Origin: Lytechinus pictus
Lineage: Eukaryota
DNA: 64,000 nucleotides
Reading direction: 5' to 3'
Assembly: GCF_037042905.1 (NCBI RefSeq)
Contig: NC_087246.1
Location: 3,722,001 to 3,786,000 of the forward strand
Under the pieces are notes generated by a model that was not told where the DNA came from, made no database searches, and worked only from the letters and a program-made list of their open reading frames with translations. Both the position numbers and the translations under genes were made by a program. Positions within the stretch are counted from its first letter, which is position 1. The number at the start of each line of letters is the position of its first letter. Below are positions 37,810-51,751 of the stretch, one piece after another.

Positions 37810-40020
37810 GTAATTTGATGCTTCATTGAGATGAGTTTTTGATGTGGGGCTTCTAATTATGGAACTTTTGTTGATATTATGGCTCCAGCTGTAAGGAAGT
37901 GATAAAGCAGTGTGTTAGTGGAGGAAGCTTGATGCTGACTTAGATCGGCTCATTGGTTTGAAGGTTGATAAACTTACAAAAGAAGTAAAGAATGTGCAAT
38001 GATGAAGCTAGATGTGTCTCGCTGATGCACAGTTTTCTGCAGCAGCAACAAAAGCATACTTCAAGACTGCAGTTCTCTTGTTTCTCTCTATATTGACTGG
38101 CCAGCTGATGCAGCATGTCTGATAAACCAACATGAAGAGGGTTTTACGGGTCGGAACCAGCATAGTCTGTCAACCTCCTATTGTTTAGGGGCTATCATTC
38201 GGCTACAGTCATTCAGAAATCAAAGCAGACCAATTTCCTCTTCACTTTACTTGAAGAACAAACTGTCAACTGAAACATTGTTCTTACATACATGTTTATC
38301 TTCAAGAAGTCATTGTTTGATGAACCAAACATTTGTAAGTTATATTCTAAGTCTTACTGACTCAAATGCATTCCAATGTAGAAAAGGGAAAAAAATGTCA
38401 TTATGCTACTAGAAAGTATCATAGTTTGTCTGTGATTTGAACAAAACATTTTTAATTTTCCTTCCACTAAAGCAAAAGCTGATAACATCGTTTGATTATT
38501 TTTTAATGTTTGCCTCAATTTATATAAAAATATATTTCTGTTTTGACATCACTGTGTACTTGAGCATCCCCAAATACTCCATGTTTTATTGAAATGCCTC
38601 CTGAAAAATGAATAAGCCATTTGGCAGTCCCATTCTGCGCATGATTAGAAGAAGGTCATTAGTTCTAAAGTGACGTGGTGGTTTAATATTTAATGAGATA
38701 AACACCAACTTTGATGTCTTGATTATTAATTTATTCTTTTTAATTTTGTTTCTCATTAGATCCACAAAAAACAACAATAAGTCCACTAGTAACTGGTATT
38801 TGGCCAAGTACATTGTTATAGTGGTGTAGTGGTCCACCTGCATTCCCCCAATCAGTTATATCGGGAGGAGAGACCTGCGGGTCATAGTGATTCAGTTCGC
38901 TTTTCGCCTCCCAGGCACAGGTGACGCCAAAACAAAATAATAATAAACAAAATAATAAAATAATAATAATAATAACAACATACTAATGCATTCAAAGTAG
39001 AAATGCAACAAATACCTTAATAGAGTGTTCATTGGTGTGCTACTCTAGTTACCCGGTCTATTCAATTTTTTCATCCTGCTATGTTAGGCATACCTACATA
39101 TAATCTTGCTTTGAAATTTGCCTATCATAATGAAAGAAATGAAAGGTCATTTGACCAAAACTGCCCATGAAGTAACTACAAAATGGTCTATTATATTGCT
39201 TGTGGTCTATTCTAGAAAAAAAAAAAAAATTTCCATATGAATTTTATTTTTATCCCATCATAATACTACAGTGCTGTTTGCATCCTGGACACCTGCGCTG
39301 CTTCAAATACATCCTGATTTTAATATCACATGGATGTAAAATGTGATTTCATTACTGAAAAATATTACAAGAGCTGTTTTCCCTGTGCGAAAGATGCATG
39401 ATTCTTTAACATTGATCTGCATAATACCTCATTTTATTAAGTTTACAGTTTATTTCGAATCTTAGTGTGAAATGTTAATTTTTTTTTTAAAGAGATATGT
39501 CATATCAAATATCTTTCTTAACCTGTGAATCTCATATGCATATCATCTCTGATAAAAACCAAAACATTATTTATCATGCATTTTTGTACCTGTACCTTCT
39601 CTCTTTCTTGATTGTTTTTATTCAAGCCAAGTATTTGCCATTTTCTTACTTTTTCATGAAGAGTTCTGAATGTTACCATTTTCAATTTGTAACTACTATT
39701 TATTTGCATGTATTGATTCTTTTCCACTTTTCTAAAGATATCAGTTAATATTAACTCTTCATATGTACCCTGTTATAACATTATATTCTTTCATTAGTAT
39801 CAATTATTTTTTTGTGTTTTTGGAGTTCTTTAGAGAGTTATTTAAGGGGTTACCATTACATCCATGCTGATAGCTTAGTGTTTCCACTTTTTTCAGAGTT
39901 TGGAAAATGCCAGGAAATTTTCTGGAAATGACTTAATTTCATGAAAGTCTGGGAAATTGTATTATTCTAATTGTAATTTAATGACTGATGCCCTTCTGTT
40001 GCTTAGCGTATGTAACATAC

Positions 40021-40250
40021 GGGCCCTTATTCTCAAAAAGAGGTTTCGATCGTACCATGGCACAAAACCATGGACTATGCAGATACGTGTACATAATTAT
40101 GCTTATTTCATCGCGTACACCAAGAAAAGTCCAATTATAAATGCCCACTTTCGACAGAGGGCTCTTAATTGAAGCGCGACAGCGCTTGAAATCTGCATAA
40201 AACCATGATTTTGTACCATGGTACAGTTGAAAGCTCTTCAGAATATGGGC
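40021..40250. mobile_element. Harbinger-like MITE
   Basis: GCCCTTATTCT..TTTCGATCGTACCATGGCACAAAACCATGG vs ATGATTTTGTACCATGGTACAGTTGAAA..AGAATATGGGC inverted arms. Confidence 0.7.
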
Positions 40251-43200
40251 TAATTATGTTTGTTTGATGAATGATTATTAAAAGCATGGCTGATTGTTTA
40301 CCGGTATTAATGTTTTTGTATGATTAATGTTCAGCTATAGCCATATTTACTATGCAGAGACAGAGAGGGAAGAACATATTTATAGATAAAATTTGACATT
40401 AATCAGACATTTACAGACAGCTCCCCAATACACATTAAAAATGTCACCAAAATGGCTTTGTTTCCAAAAAGTTCTTGAAAATTCAAATAGAATATAGACT
40501 ATGGCATCTTTAAATGCCTTGTTAAACCAAATGAATAAATTATAATGATAAAGAGCCATGCGTAATATATCATTTTGATATATGACTTGTAGCTCTTTCA
40601 TGTCTCCACCTTCCATATCTTGTTTCCCTTTCATCTCTCTACCTGTCTGTCCAATTCGTGATAAATAAGAAGCTGTTTGAAATATCAATTTCAAATATAA
40701 CACAGTGGTCATAGATGATAGACCATGGATGTTAAAAAGTATTGTTCATGCAAGAACTTTCTAGATTCAAATAACAATCGACAGAAGAATGATGGTATGA
40801 TTAGGGATATGGAAATGCCCCTGAGGTTGAATGTATTATATTTCAAATCAGTGATTGGGATAGGCATGAATGTCAAATGCACGCAGGCAAGAATTTATCT
40901 AGTTGTAGGTGTTTATCAATATGATTTCTCATATCTTACAGGGTCTTTAAAAATATGATAGCTAACCATGCTTCTCAGAAATTATGGAATAATTCTATGA
41001 GTGCATAAAAATATCATTTATGCAATTGTGCTTTGATTGGTCACGATAGATTGAAACTTTTTCACTTGTATAGACAAGAATCAATCTATACACAACTTTT
41101 TTTTCTTGTTTCTTGATATTTTATATTGCACAGTTCATTGAAATGATAATAAAAGTATGTATTGCTTGTGTTTTTTTTATTGATATAATTTTACGAAAAG
41201 AATGCTGTACACAATGTAAACAAAGACGCATCACATATATTTGAGTGAAGATTTTGAAAAAAAAGTGTGTGTGTGTTTGTGAGGGGAGAAAGAGAGCAAA
41301 AGATATTGGAAGAGTATGATGTACATAACAAATGTTATTGTATAATTGTTGATATTATGTAAATATTGTACACATCTTAAAATTGAATCTATCTGCACAG
41401 CTATTGAACTACTTGAAATTATATGACGCATGTACTATTGCTTTGTTGATCATGTTGAATGTTAATTCAAATTTAGATTATAAAGAGGTAAATCAACAAA
41501 ACACATTAGAAGTAGCCTTTTATGAATTCTATAAATCTCTGAGGTGCAATCATTGATATGTATGTAAATTCTGAAAGAAAACAACAATGGTTTACCTGTG
41601 AAATCAAAAGTATTTATTAGATATTTTTGATTGAGCATAATAGCATTGGAGAAGCTTGTCTGTTTGTAAGCAGATCAATATTGTTAATGTGTTTTATGTA
41701 GTGTGTCTTGTAATTTCTCTTTATGTGTCAATTCATGTTGGTATCTCTCTCCTCTGTATAACTGAGTCTCTCTGTGGAATATTTGAGTCATAAACTGCAA
41801 CAAGATGGTATTAGAATTTGAAAACATTGATCCTAATATTTCATCATCACATTGAATCATATTTCCCCCTAATATGATGAATATTTGAAAGAAGCAATGA
41901 CTCCCCACATTGATGAAAATAAAATTACTAGGAGCCATGACATCAATTTATCACCCCCGTTATCAGATTTATAGTCACTTCATCTTTGAATTTTAAACTG
42001 AAAAAAAATCATGAAGCAAAGTCCTGGTGTAAAATTAAATGTAAAACAACAATTTTTGCAATTAATTATATTCTTCCAATTACAGATATGTGATACAAAA
42101 AATGAATGTTTATTAGTGCAATGGACAGAACATTACATCTTTCACCAAATGAACTATTCTGTCCATTGCATGAATGAAAAAACATTAATTATTTGTTGTA
42201 TATGACACCTAAAAATAGATCCTTGTCATTTGACTTTTATGAATTTGGATGTGTCAGTGCATGCAATAAGCGTGGTACTTTGGTTGACGCATACATACGT
42301 GTAAACAAGTGTTTTTGCATGGAGTGTTAGTTGTCTCGGCAAGCGTGCAATGGACAAAATCGTATGGATCCAAAATTGCAAAAATTATGAGGAAATTGTA
42401 AAAATGATAGTAATAATTAACATTATTTGTAATGCGCTTATCACAAATCATTTCTCTAAGTGCTTATCACAAAACGTGTCTCTAAGCGCTTAAAATGGGT
42501 TAGATGATGGATATTAAACAACCAATCAAATGACACAATCAATGTAGGAGCCATAATTGAACACTTCATTTACAAATATTAAATGCATTAGAGAGTGATG
42601 TTATAATATATATAACAAGGCCAAAGTTTGACTTTTTTTCGCAAAGTGAAATGGTATTGTCCAAACTTGATCGTATATTATATTTTTATTCTTGCACATG
42701 CTAAGGCAATCATTATTTTGTTATTGATTTTGCAAACCTTTCTGAACCTTTACTGGTCTTTTTAATACATTAGTTATTAGATAATCATGTTCAAAAGTTA
42801 AATATATTTCCAATTGTCATCACTGCACTTTAAAGAAAGCCAGAACAATTATTCATACCAATTTCAAGTATATGTTCTATCATTTTATGATATACAAAGT
42901 TTTGTTTGAAATTAAAGTTTGTTATTTCAAGATTTGACATGAAATGCAAGTAGATATTTCAGGATGTTTGATATGAACTTTGTCTATGGCAAAAGTAAAA
43001 TCACTCAATTCATGTGCGCAACATCTAGGTTGGGTTTATGGCCCCTACGCACCTTTCAGGAGAGTGCAGAAATAATAGTTTAGGGCTGTTTGTAAAATCA
43101 AGGAAAGGGATAGACCTGTGATATTTCAAAGAAATTTTCAATCTTCTCTTATTCTCTGATACAAAATTTGATTTGAAATTTGGAGGGTAGATGGAGTTGA

Positions 43201-44318
43201 AGACAGGTTTTCAGAATGTACATAAAACTCAATTTTGAAAATTAAAAAAAAAAAGTTAATGACAGGTTGTAAAACCAGCAATGATTTGTTTTATATTTTG
43301 ATATAAAGATTGAGTTTTTTTGCATTGCAATAGTAAAACACTATTGCGCGATGTAGGTCATTGTAATCATGATATGATAAAATCTATTTTCTCAGTATGT
43401 GAATATTAGTATGCATAATGCTAATTTTCAACGTAATAGAGACTGTCATTTCTCATTGTTAATATTTCATGTTTGTTAAAAGATGTGATTGATGATATTG
43501 AAACCTGTGGCAAAATCAGTACTATTTCTGTTAACTACAATCCCGGGGATAGCTTAGTTGTGTTTGCAAGGTTTGAAATATGAGAGAATTTTGCGTACTT
43601 GTTGGTTGTTTCTTGTGGAATATATTCTTTAAAAACTAACTCATCTATATGATTGTAATGTTGCCAACAGAACAGATTTCGTTGCATATGACATTGATTT
43701 AATTACTTGTTTTTCTTTTTCAACATAATGAATATTGAAGAGGAAATAATTTACTTCTTACAAATTAGCTAGAAGTATCAACATGTGCAGGATTTAAGTC
43801 AAACTTGGATTAAATATCTTATTGGAATCTGGGGTAACAAGAGATACATTGTAATCGTAAGATACTAAGATTTGATCTAAAAACAGGACATCTTTATCTA
43901 TTTTCATATAACAACATGTCAGAACCAAATGATAATGATAATACATTCCATTTATCAGGCATCTTTTCATAAGATAAAAAGTGCATTTAACAAAGAAAGA
44001 ATACATATGGGGGCTAAAAATTCAAAATCATAAATCTACAAACATATGGAAATAGTAAAATTTAGAATAGTTAGGTTTTGATACATTTCTTGGATAAGGT
44101 AAGTATTTAGGAAGTATTTAATGTAGAAAGCAGGGAACCAATGTTCGGGGGCTAGTTGAAAATTATAATATATTGCCCACATATGATTTTGATATGGAGA
44201 TTATGTAATCTATTATAATTAAAGTAAAGTTAAAAACCTGCAATTTTTTTACTTCTTGTTAGCTGTAATTCTACCTCTAACAATTTTAAGAAGGAAAGTT
44301 GGGGGCCATATGTGCACT

Positions 44319-44523
44319 GGGGGTGTTTCACAAAGATTTGAGTATGACTTACAGTCCCACTATGACTAGTTTCAAATGTAAGGCATAACCACATTGGTCA
44401 AATCATGCCAAGAGGATGAGCACTACTGCATATTGATCAATAAGATTGCGCGTTACATATCATGTATGCATCAACATTGCAGTGTGACTTAAGTCATACT
44501 TAAATCTTTGTGAAACACCCCCC
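44319..44523. mobile_element. MITE
   Basis: GGGGGTGTTTCACAAAGATTTGAGTATGACTTA / TAAGTCATACTTAAATCTTTGTGAAACACCCCC, about 33-bp TIR. Confidence 0.8.
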
Positions 44524-45924
44524 TGGTCATGTAATCACAAAGTACTTTTCTGTCATATCATGCTCATTCCCGACCATCATTTCTGGTCATTCTAAGTAAA
44601 AGACACTACTGAAGGAAAAATGTGTGTTTATTATGTCAAGTTAATTGTCAAAAGAGATCATAATTTTGTGCATATAACACAGAAGGATTTTATTTATGAA
44701 GTTGATGATCTCAGAATTTCATATGCTGCTATCATGCCAGGTTTTGTATTTTATTGTTGTTGAATACTGAATTCATAATTTTGTTTTAATATATTCTTTC
44801 CTTTGGACTTCTGAGACAAACATTAATACTTGATGAATCACAGTAGTTTTAAGACATACTTTTCAGTCTGTGTTTTTTATCAAGTTTTATTTACCAGATA
44901 CAATAGTATTTTTCCCTTTGGGATTTCCAAGTGAAAGTTAGACAAAATAAGTTTATCATGATTCTGGTAGAGTTTGCCTTTATTGATGAAATATTTAAAG
45001 AATTATTTATACATATTTTAAAATAAAGTTAGAGGGCAGTAGTGCAATTCAAGATAACATATACAATAATATGCAAAGAATCTTCAATTAGAATCTTAAA
45101 TCTAATATATTATTGTATATTTATATAGCAAAAATATAGATAATTTTCCATACAAAGTCATCGCAAACACACTGTCTTAAATGCTATAATTTTGATGTAA
45201 ATAAACAAATATAAAGCAGACTTAAAATACAGACAGTTAAATTGAGGTAACTTAAATATATTGGTGTTAGTAAAACATTACAATATGTATCAATACATTT
45301 AGGTAATGGACTCAACATAGTTCTCAAAATTAATTTGTATTGATAAAAACATGATTGTTTAATGTAATTTTCACTCTACAGACTATTGTAGAAAACTTGT
45401 TTTCTGTCAATATATAAGGCCAAGGTGATGTGAACATCATTAATGTGATTTTGTACTATTTATTTGTTAATCACAGGAGCACGACACTCATAATCTATTT
45501 TTATACTAAAAACGCAGTGCTATGTAGAATTTAAGAATCACGCCCGTTGGGAGGTAATGTATGTTTCCTATCATTGGATGTGCATTACGTGTGGAATGAT
45601 GATATACTGATAGTATATATGTTTTATGAAACATTTTATGTATTAGATTTATCATTTAATTGTCATATTTGAATGTCTGTATTTGTTGTTCTGTACTACA
45701 CAACGAGCCTCTAGATTATGCATATTGTGTGGAGACCTTTTTGTTGAAAAAAAAATGACTTTTTGACAAATCTGAAACTTGAATGTGCGGCACAGTGACC
45801 AATCTGATCATTAAAAACGCTATCACATGGTTTGTAGTCGTGATGAAATATGAAAAAAAAAACTTTGTTTTGTGTCTTGAGATATTGAATTTCCTGCTTT
45901 TCCATACTGATATTGATCTTTGAA

Positions 45925-46370
45925 AAGATGAGACAGAGTGAGGCGGTGAGAGAAGAGAATAGATCAATGAATGTATAGCGAGAGGAGATAAAGGAAAGAG
46001 GGGGAGGGGAATTGGCAAATGAGAAAGGGGGGGAGGAATACATAGAAGGAGAGAGCAAGATAAGTAAGAAATACAATGGTGGGGAGATAAAGGAGGGAAA
46101 GTGTCAGGGGAAATGAGAAAGATGGTGAAGATGAGATGAGAGAGCAAGAGAGATTAAGAAATATTTGAAGGAGAGATAATGAAGGAATTGTATACATGGA
46201 GGATGGGAAAGGAGAGGAGGAGGAGAATGAGAGATGGAGCGGAGATAAAGGAGGAGGAGAGAGAGAGGGGGGGGGGGATGATGAGAAAGTAGAGAAGATG
46301 GAAAGAGGACATTATAAGTGAAGGTGAAGGGAAGAGAGGGTAAGTTAGAGGGTGGAGGGAGATAAGGGTG
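45925..46370 (+). repeat. Purine-rich (GA) low-complexity tract
   Basis: Almost entirely G/A on the + strand; source of spurious minus-strand ORFs. Confidence 0.8.
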
Positions 46371-46888
46371 TGGTATAGTGGTTCAATTTCTTCTCATTAA
46401 GGGTTCAAATCCCACCGTGAAATCAGTCGAAAACAGGAAAATTAAATTTCATTTGAAAATAATCTGAATTCCAAACGTGCGTGGCAATGCCGGTGAAAAT
46501 TGAGAAGTAACATGTATTTTATTTAATTAAACTTTAACTTCAAAATTCTCTTCACATGAATAATGATAAAACCGGTGTTCACAATAATATTGTCTCGCTC
46601 TCATCTTTTTAATTTGATAATATTAATCAAATCTATTATGGTCTTGGGTTCTTGAGCTCTATTTAAAAAACATGTCATTTGTTAATAAGAAATGTAGTGT
46701 TTGATCTTTACCCCTACTCATTAATGTACATTGACAAGTAAAAGTAATAATGATGCTGTCAGTATCCAAAGGCGTACCATTTGTTTACCATTGGCAGACC
46801 CTCATTCAGTTGATTTGGGTCGTTATACAGAGAACTGATAGATCTTTCTGCTTTTACAATCTACTAGCACCCTCGGTAAACGTGTAGC

Positions 46889-47154
46889 CACTAGCGTACC
46901 TAAGGGGGGCAGGGGGCAGACTGCCCCCCCCCCCCCTCTGACGAGTCACAACTCATGCAGGGGACGTATACCTGCCCCCCTGACGAGTCACAACTGATAC
47001 AGGGGACGTCCCCCTCCCCCCCCCCCCCATTTGAGAGTCCAAATTAATAATCTGTAATGTAAAAATGCAATTTTGCTTGTCAATTTTTTTTGTGGTAAGA
47101 AATATCCTCCACAAAATTTGCCCCCCTTCTGGAAAATCCTAGGTACGCCCAGTG
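46889..47154. mobile_element. hAT-type MITE with 8-bp TSD
   Basis: CGTGTAGC at 46881-46888 and 47155-47162; TIR CACTAGCGTACCTA / TAGGTACGCCCAGTG; internal duplicated CTGACGAGTCACAACT. Confidence 0.85.
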
Positions 47155-50100
47155 CGTGTAGCCATCACAAATGTTCGCCTAAGCTACATTCTGTTCCAAA
47201 TTACCTCTGATCCCAGCTAGGATATACATATCTTTCATTTTTTTATGATTGAATTTCGCCAGTGTGAGCAGATCCATAAACATGATAAAAGACCCCATTT
47301 CTTCGTGGGAATACTCCGTCATCCTAAACCATGTAATCTGCTGAAGGTATTTGATCCATCGGGTTCGGGTGCGACCCTCTTTCATCGACTGGAGCCCATC
47401 CCCCCCCCCCCCCCCCCGCGATGGCTGCCCAATTTCAACATTTATAGGCCTAGGGTTAATTTGCTAGTCTAAATATCATCGAGCATTTTCGCTATCAAGC
47501 CACTCTCATGATTTAAAAATACCCTCCATAGTGTCAACTCTTCGTCATTGGAATGTTGTCATTTAAAAGTTCGTCACTGTGACGCATCAATACAATGCGA
47601 AATGTCTTTTATTTGATAAAGTGGCGTCAAGTTGAAGATACTTGGAGGTAATAGAGAGGTAATTATTAACCTTACAAGTGTCACTTCGCCTTCCAATGAA
47701 TACTATGTAAAGCACTGTTTATTTTGATGCGGCAAATTAAATCTACAATTGGACATTAATCTTGATATACATTATGCCCCTCCCTAGTGAATTAAATCTC
47801 CTTATCTATAAATTTTACAATTCATTAACATGCCTAACTTGTAGTAAATATTTAATTTAGATTAAAATATTTTCCATTATATTAACTTCTCCAAATTTTG
47901 TCTTTATCCCGCTTCTCTCTCTCTCCCTTTCCATCTCCCGCTCCCAATATTTTACATACGCAGTCATCGCCCACACACCTCATACATAATCTTTTCCTTT
48001 CGTTGGTATCTGTCAATTCCCCCATTCTCTTTCATTTTCCTACCTCTCTCCCCGTCCATTTCTCGTAAAGGTGGAATCCTCTTCTTTTTCTTCAGTACTT
48101 GTCGACACATACATAATTTTATGCTAGTCCGTGAAAAGGCTCGAGAACTGAAATATGTGACCCCTTTCCATGTTATATTTAAGGCTCTATATTTTTTACC
48201 AGCTACTGTAGAAAAAAAAATTAATGAAATATATTTCGCTTTCTCTTCCTTCTTTGGTTTAGTACCATTAAGCAAACTTTTTGAGGAGGCTCTCTTATGT
48301 AGCAACATTTCTGTAAACGAGCGTACAAAAGAGTCGTTATTTTTGGGGCGGTGTCTTCAGTCTCTCCCCTATTCAATCGTACTTCTTCATTATTTAATTC
48401 AATAATCATCATCATTGATTGAAACACATAGCGGTACATCAATTGCCTTATCCTTCTCTTTCTCGAACCTGTTTTTTTTTTTTATAAAATAAACTTTCTA
48501 CCTCACATATGTTCTCCTCAGTGTTCTGTTGCCCCTTTTTGTTTCCTACCTCACCCCCCATGTTAAATTTCTTTCACCTATATATTCTCCTTTCAAAAAC
48601 GGTGAGTTGGCTCAATTAGTAGAGTGTCAAACTATATAAATTTCATTGGTTTCATTTCATTCATTTCCCTTTCAATCCTCACCGATCATCTATATTAATA
48701 ATGATTGATTTTTATTTTTGGAGTGAGTGAAGAAAACACAGCACAATACATTAGGATGAAGGTCAAGTGCGATAAATACAAGTGATTTTAAATGGACTGA
48801 TCTTGTTTGCCAAAGCTACTCTAGTACATCTTCATTAGATGTGTACCTACTCTGCCTCTCTCTCCCCCCTCCCTCTCTCTCTCTACCTCTCTCATCTCGA
48901 TCATACCTACTCTCCTTCTAATGTTTCCATCCCACCTATATACCTCTCTTTAACATACACTGTTTCATCCACTCCATTCTTCCTCCTTCTATCTCACCAA
49001 CGCACGCACCCACACACACACACCCACAACTATAAACAATCATACAATTACTTGGCAAAATTTGTTGCGACTACCCTGGAATAGTATAAAACAACTTATG
49101 TGAAATAATATATCAACAAATCACTTTTTAACTTCACCAATTTGAACTTCCCTATACAGACAATCGAAATTCTATAGGTCCTATAATATATAACTGATGT
49201 TTGGGGTGTCTTCGATAGTGATGTCATTGATTTCTTTTGTAGTATTTTTGCATCCATTTTAAAAACTGTTAAGAACTATCTTCAATTCATCGAGTTTGGT
49301 ACAACGTATCAGGTTTCACTGGGAAAGTAAAGAAGTGCGGGGAAATAAAATAAATTAAGCAAAATTCAAGTGTTTTGTGCATTATCTTGTTAGAGCTAAC
49401 AGTCTTACGTCACTTTTCTCACAGTTTAAAGGAATTAAAAAAATTAATAAATCTCTCTTCGCGATACCTCTGTAAAAAGTTCGTTGTATGAAAAAACTTA
49501 ATATTTGGTGCTCACGCGTGTATGAGTGTCTGTAATTTATATCAAGTACAACGTGTTTACGAAATTAGATTTACGATGTGTTTACTTCGGTCATCATTCC
49601 ATCTATGATATAAGACAGGCTCGAGAATGTCTCATTAAACGTGTCTATAAAAAGAAAGGTGAAGGGGAAAAGGGACCCCCATGTTCTTTCCAAATCGTTG
49701 AGGGGGGCGGGATTTGGTCAAAACTATAAATAAAGTACTGTACGATGGGGGAACCGTGTCCAATTAAATCTTATATTAACAAAAAATATTTTCCAAATAA
49801 TTAAATAACATGTAAGCATCAGACAGGTTAAACACACAATACAGGCGCAAATATCGGATCGGCTGAAAAAGAAAGAAAGTTTGCAATAACCCCCAAACAA
49901 AAAAAACAAAAAAAAACGTGTGGTTTCATTTTTTAGGATGGGGAATTCGTAATACAAACGTATCTATATAGGAATTGTGAAAACAATCTAATGACTTTTG
50001 AAAACTAACTTTAATTCAATGTAACGAATGATAGGAGAATGATCATTCATAATAGAAACGATTCTACTATAGTGTGTGACGTATGTCTCATAATTATCTA

Positions 50101-51365
50101 CCACTTTTCTTACTAGTTTCTGCATTTCCAACAAACACATTCTACGTTACAGCAAACTGAGAAATCAAAATTGATTAGCTGTTTACAATGGTTAATTAAA
50201 TGATTGATCGATTATATTTTCTTTTTTTAATTTTCAAATCAACAAGATACATAAATGAAAAGAAAAAGAGGTGAAATAACTGGAAATTGTAATGTTTCCA
50301 GTTTCAACTTGATTTCTACGAATGAGTTAATGACAGCAACAATGTCTGACGAACATCAGTCAACGCTCCTCCTTTTTCTCCTACATTCCCAATTTCTCCA
50401 GACTTATCAGTTCAATACGTCTTTGTAAACAAACTATAAGGAGATGCGATCTTCGCGTGCTGTTCCTCGACAGTTTTCAATTTAACGCTTTCACACATCG
50501 TAGACAACAGGGACTGACTCAAAATTTACGAATTTGGTCTTTGGGGTTTCGCGCCTTGCCATGATCCGCACAAAACTGGAATTTGATCATTATTATGCTT
50601 GCTTTCTCGAACTCTGCATGTTGATAACTTTCATTTTTCATCAAACATGTTTCAAGTGCGTCAAGGGTATTAAGTAGATTAGAAATCTACTTCACAAGGA
50701 GTCTCTCATTCCATTATCTGCATTGTCATCTGCATCTCACAATTCTTTAAGTTGGCGACTGTTTCACTATCGCACATTTTTCCAAACTGATCACGCCAGT
50801 TTTCAAGAAAGGATTGCTCTTAATTAAAAGAATTTGGCAAAATGATTTTCAATTTCATGCTACTGTACACCTTTCAGTTAAGAGATTTCATTTTAAAAGA
50901 AATTTGCCTACCATTTTAGGATCTTAAGGAATGTCATTTTCTACAATTGATTTCAAGGATTTCGTAAACGATTTCATGTATCTCTGCAACTTGACATAGT
51001 CAGAACTAGAAACGCCAAAACAGAATCTGTAAATATTGAGCTCTTGAAACTGAAGTCAAGTGGTGGTTTATCAGTATATCATTCTTCCTTATTGGTTGGT
51101 CATTTGGAGTGGCTATTACTCTCACCAACATGCATAATGGTTTGTTTATAAGCTTCTGTTTATCTAAGAAATTTTGTGAATATGATTGAACGTATTTGAG
51201 ATGTCATATGACGTTGATGGTCAATATTCTGTAAAAGTAGGTCCTATACTCAGAGATTCATTGATGATTGGATCATATTCGAATTACAACAGTTTATCTC
51301 TAGGAGAAAGCATACAAAAGATTCTCATTTTGGGGATATTTTTTAATGAAATTGGCAATGAAACG

Positions 51366-51751
51366 ATGGCCACAACAGTTTCTCGCAACGTCTCTCTATT
51401 CACAGCCGATGGTGGATTGACCTCGTGCACGAAGAAAAACAACTTGAATCATTCAAATGATGGCGATAATGGCCCGGACGATGATGACATCAAAATGTGG
51501 GTATTCCTGTTCGTTACAATCTTTTCCTTGATCATGGGCCTGGTCGGTAACGTACTCATCATCGGGGCCGTGTTCGCTGAGAGAAGGCTACGTGTTCTCA
51601 GCAATGCTTTTATCGTTAACCTCGCCATTGCAGACCTCTATGTATCGACGTTCATCAACGCTTTCGCATTGGTTGGACTTTTCAAGGGAGAAACTTACTT
51701 TACAAGTCATCACCCACTATGTAATTTCATTGGAGCGACTTGCATTATTTG
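51366..51751 (+). CDS. GPCR exon 1 (N-terminus to mid-TM3)
   Basis: MATTVSRNVS...LVGNVLIIGAV...FIVNLAIADL...HPLCNFIGATCII; donor gtgagt. Confidence 0.9.

Noticed and set aside
37804..37811. GTGAGT donor overlapping the PITPNM stop codon (alternative C-terminus)
   Set aside because: No convincing downstream coding exon was found, so it is unsupported without transcript data.
38860..38925. HDV-like ribozyme
   Set aside because: Spacing does not fit P3/L3, and there is no P4 or catalytic J4/2 segment.
45711..46197. Three overlapping minus-strand ORFs of 77-143 aa
   Set aside because: Artefacts of a purine-rich low-complexity tract.
51186..51365. N-terminal extension of the GPCR ORF from the TTG at 51186
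   Set aside because: Non-ATG start in the track; ATG 51366 has good context and gives a typical N-terminus. Upstream in-frame ATGs cannot be fully excluded.
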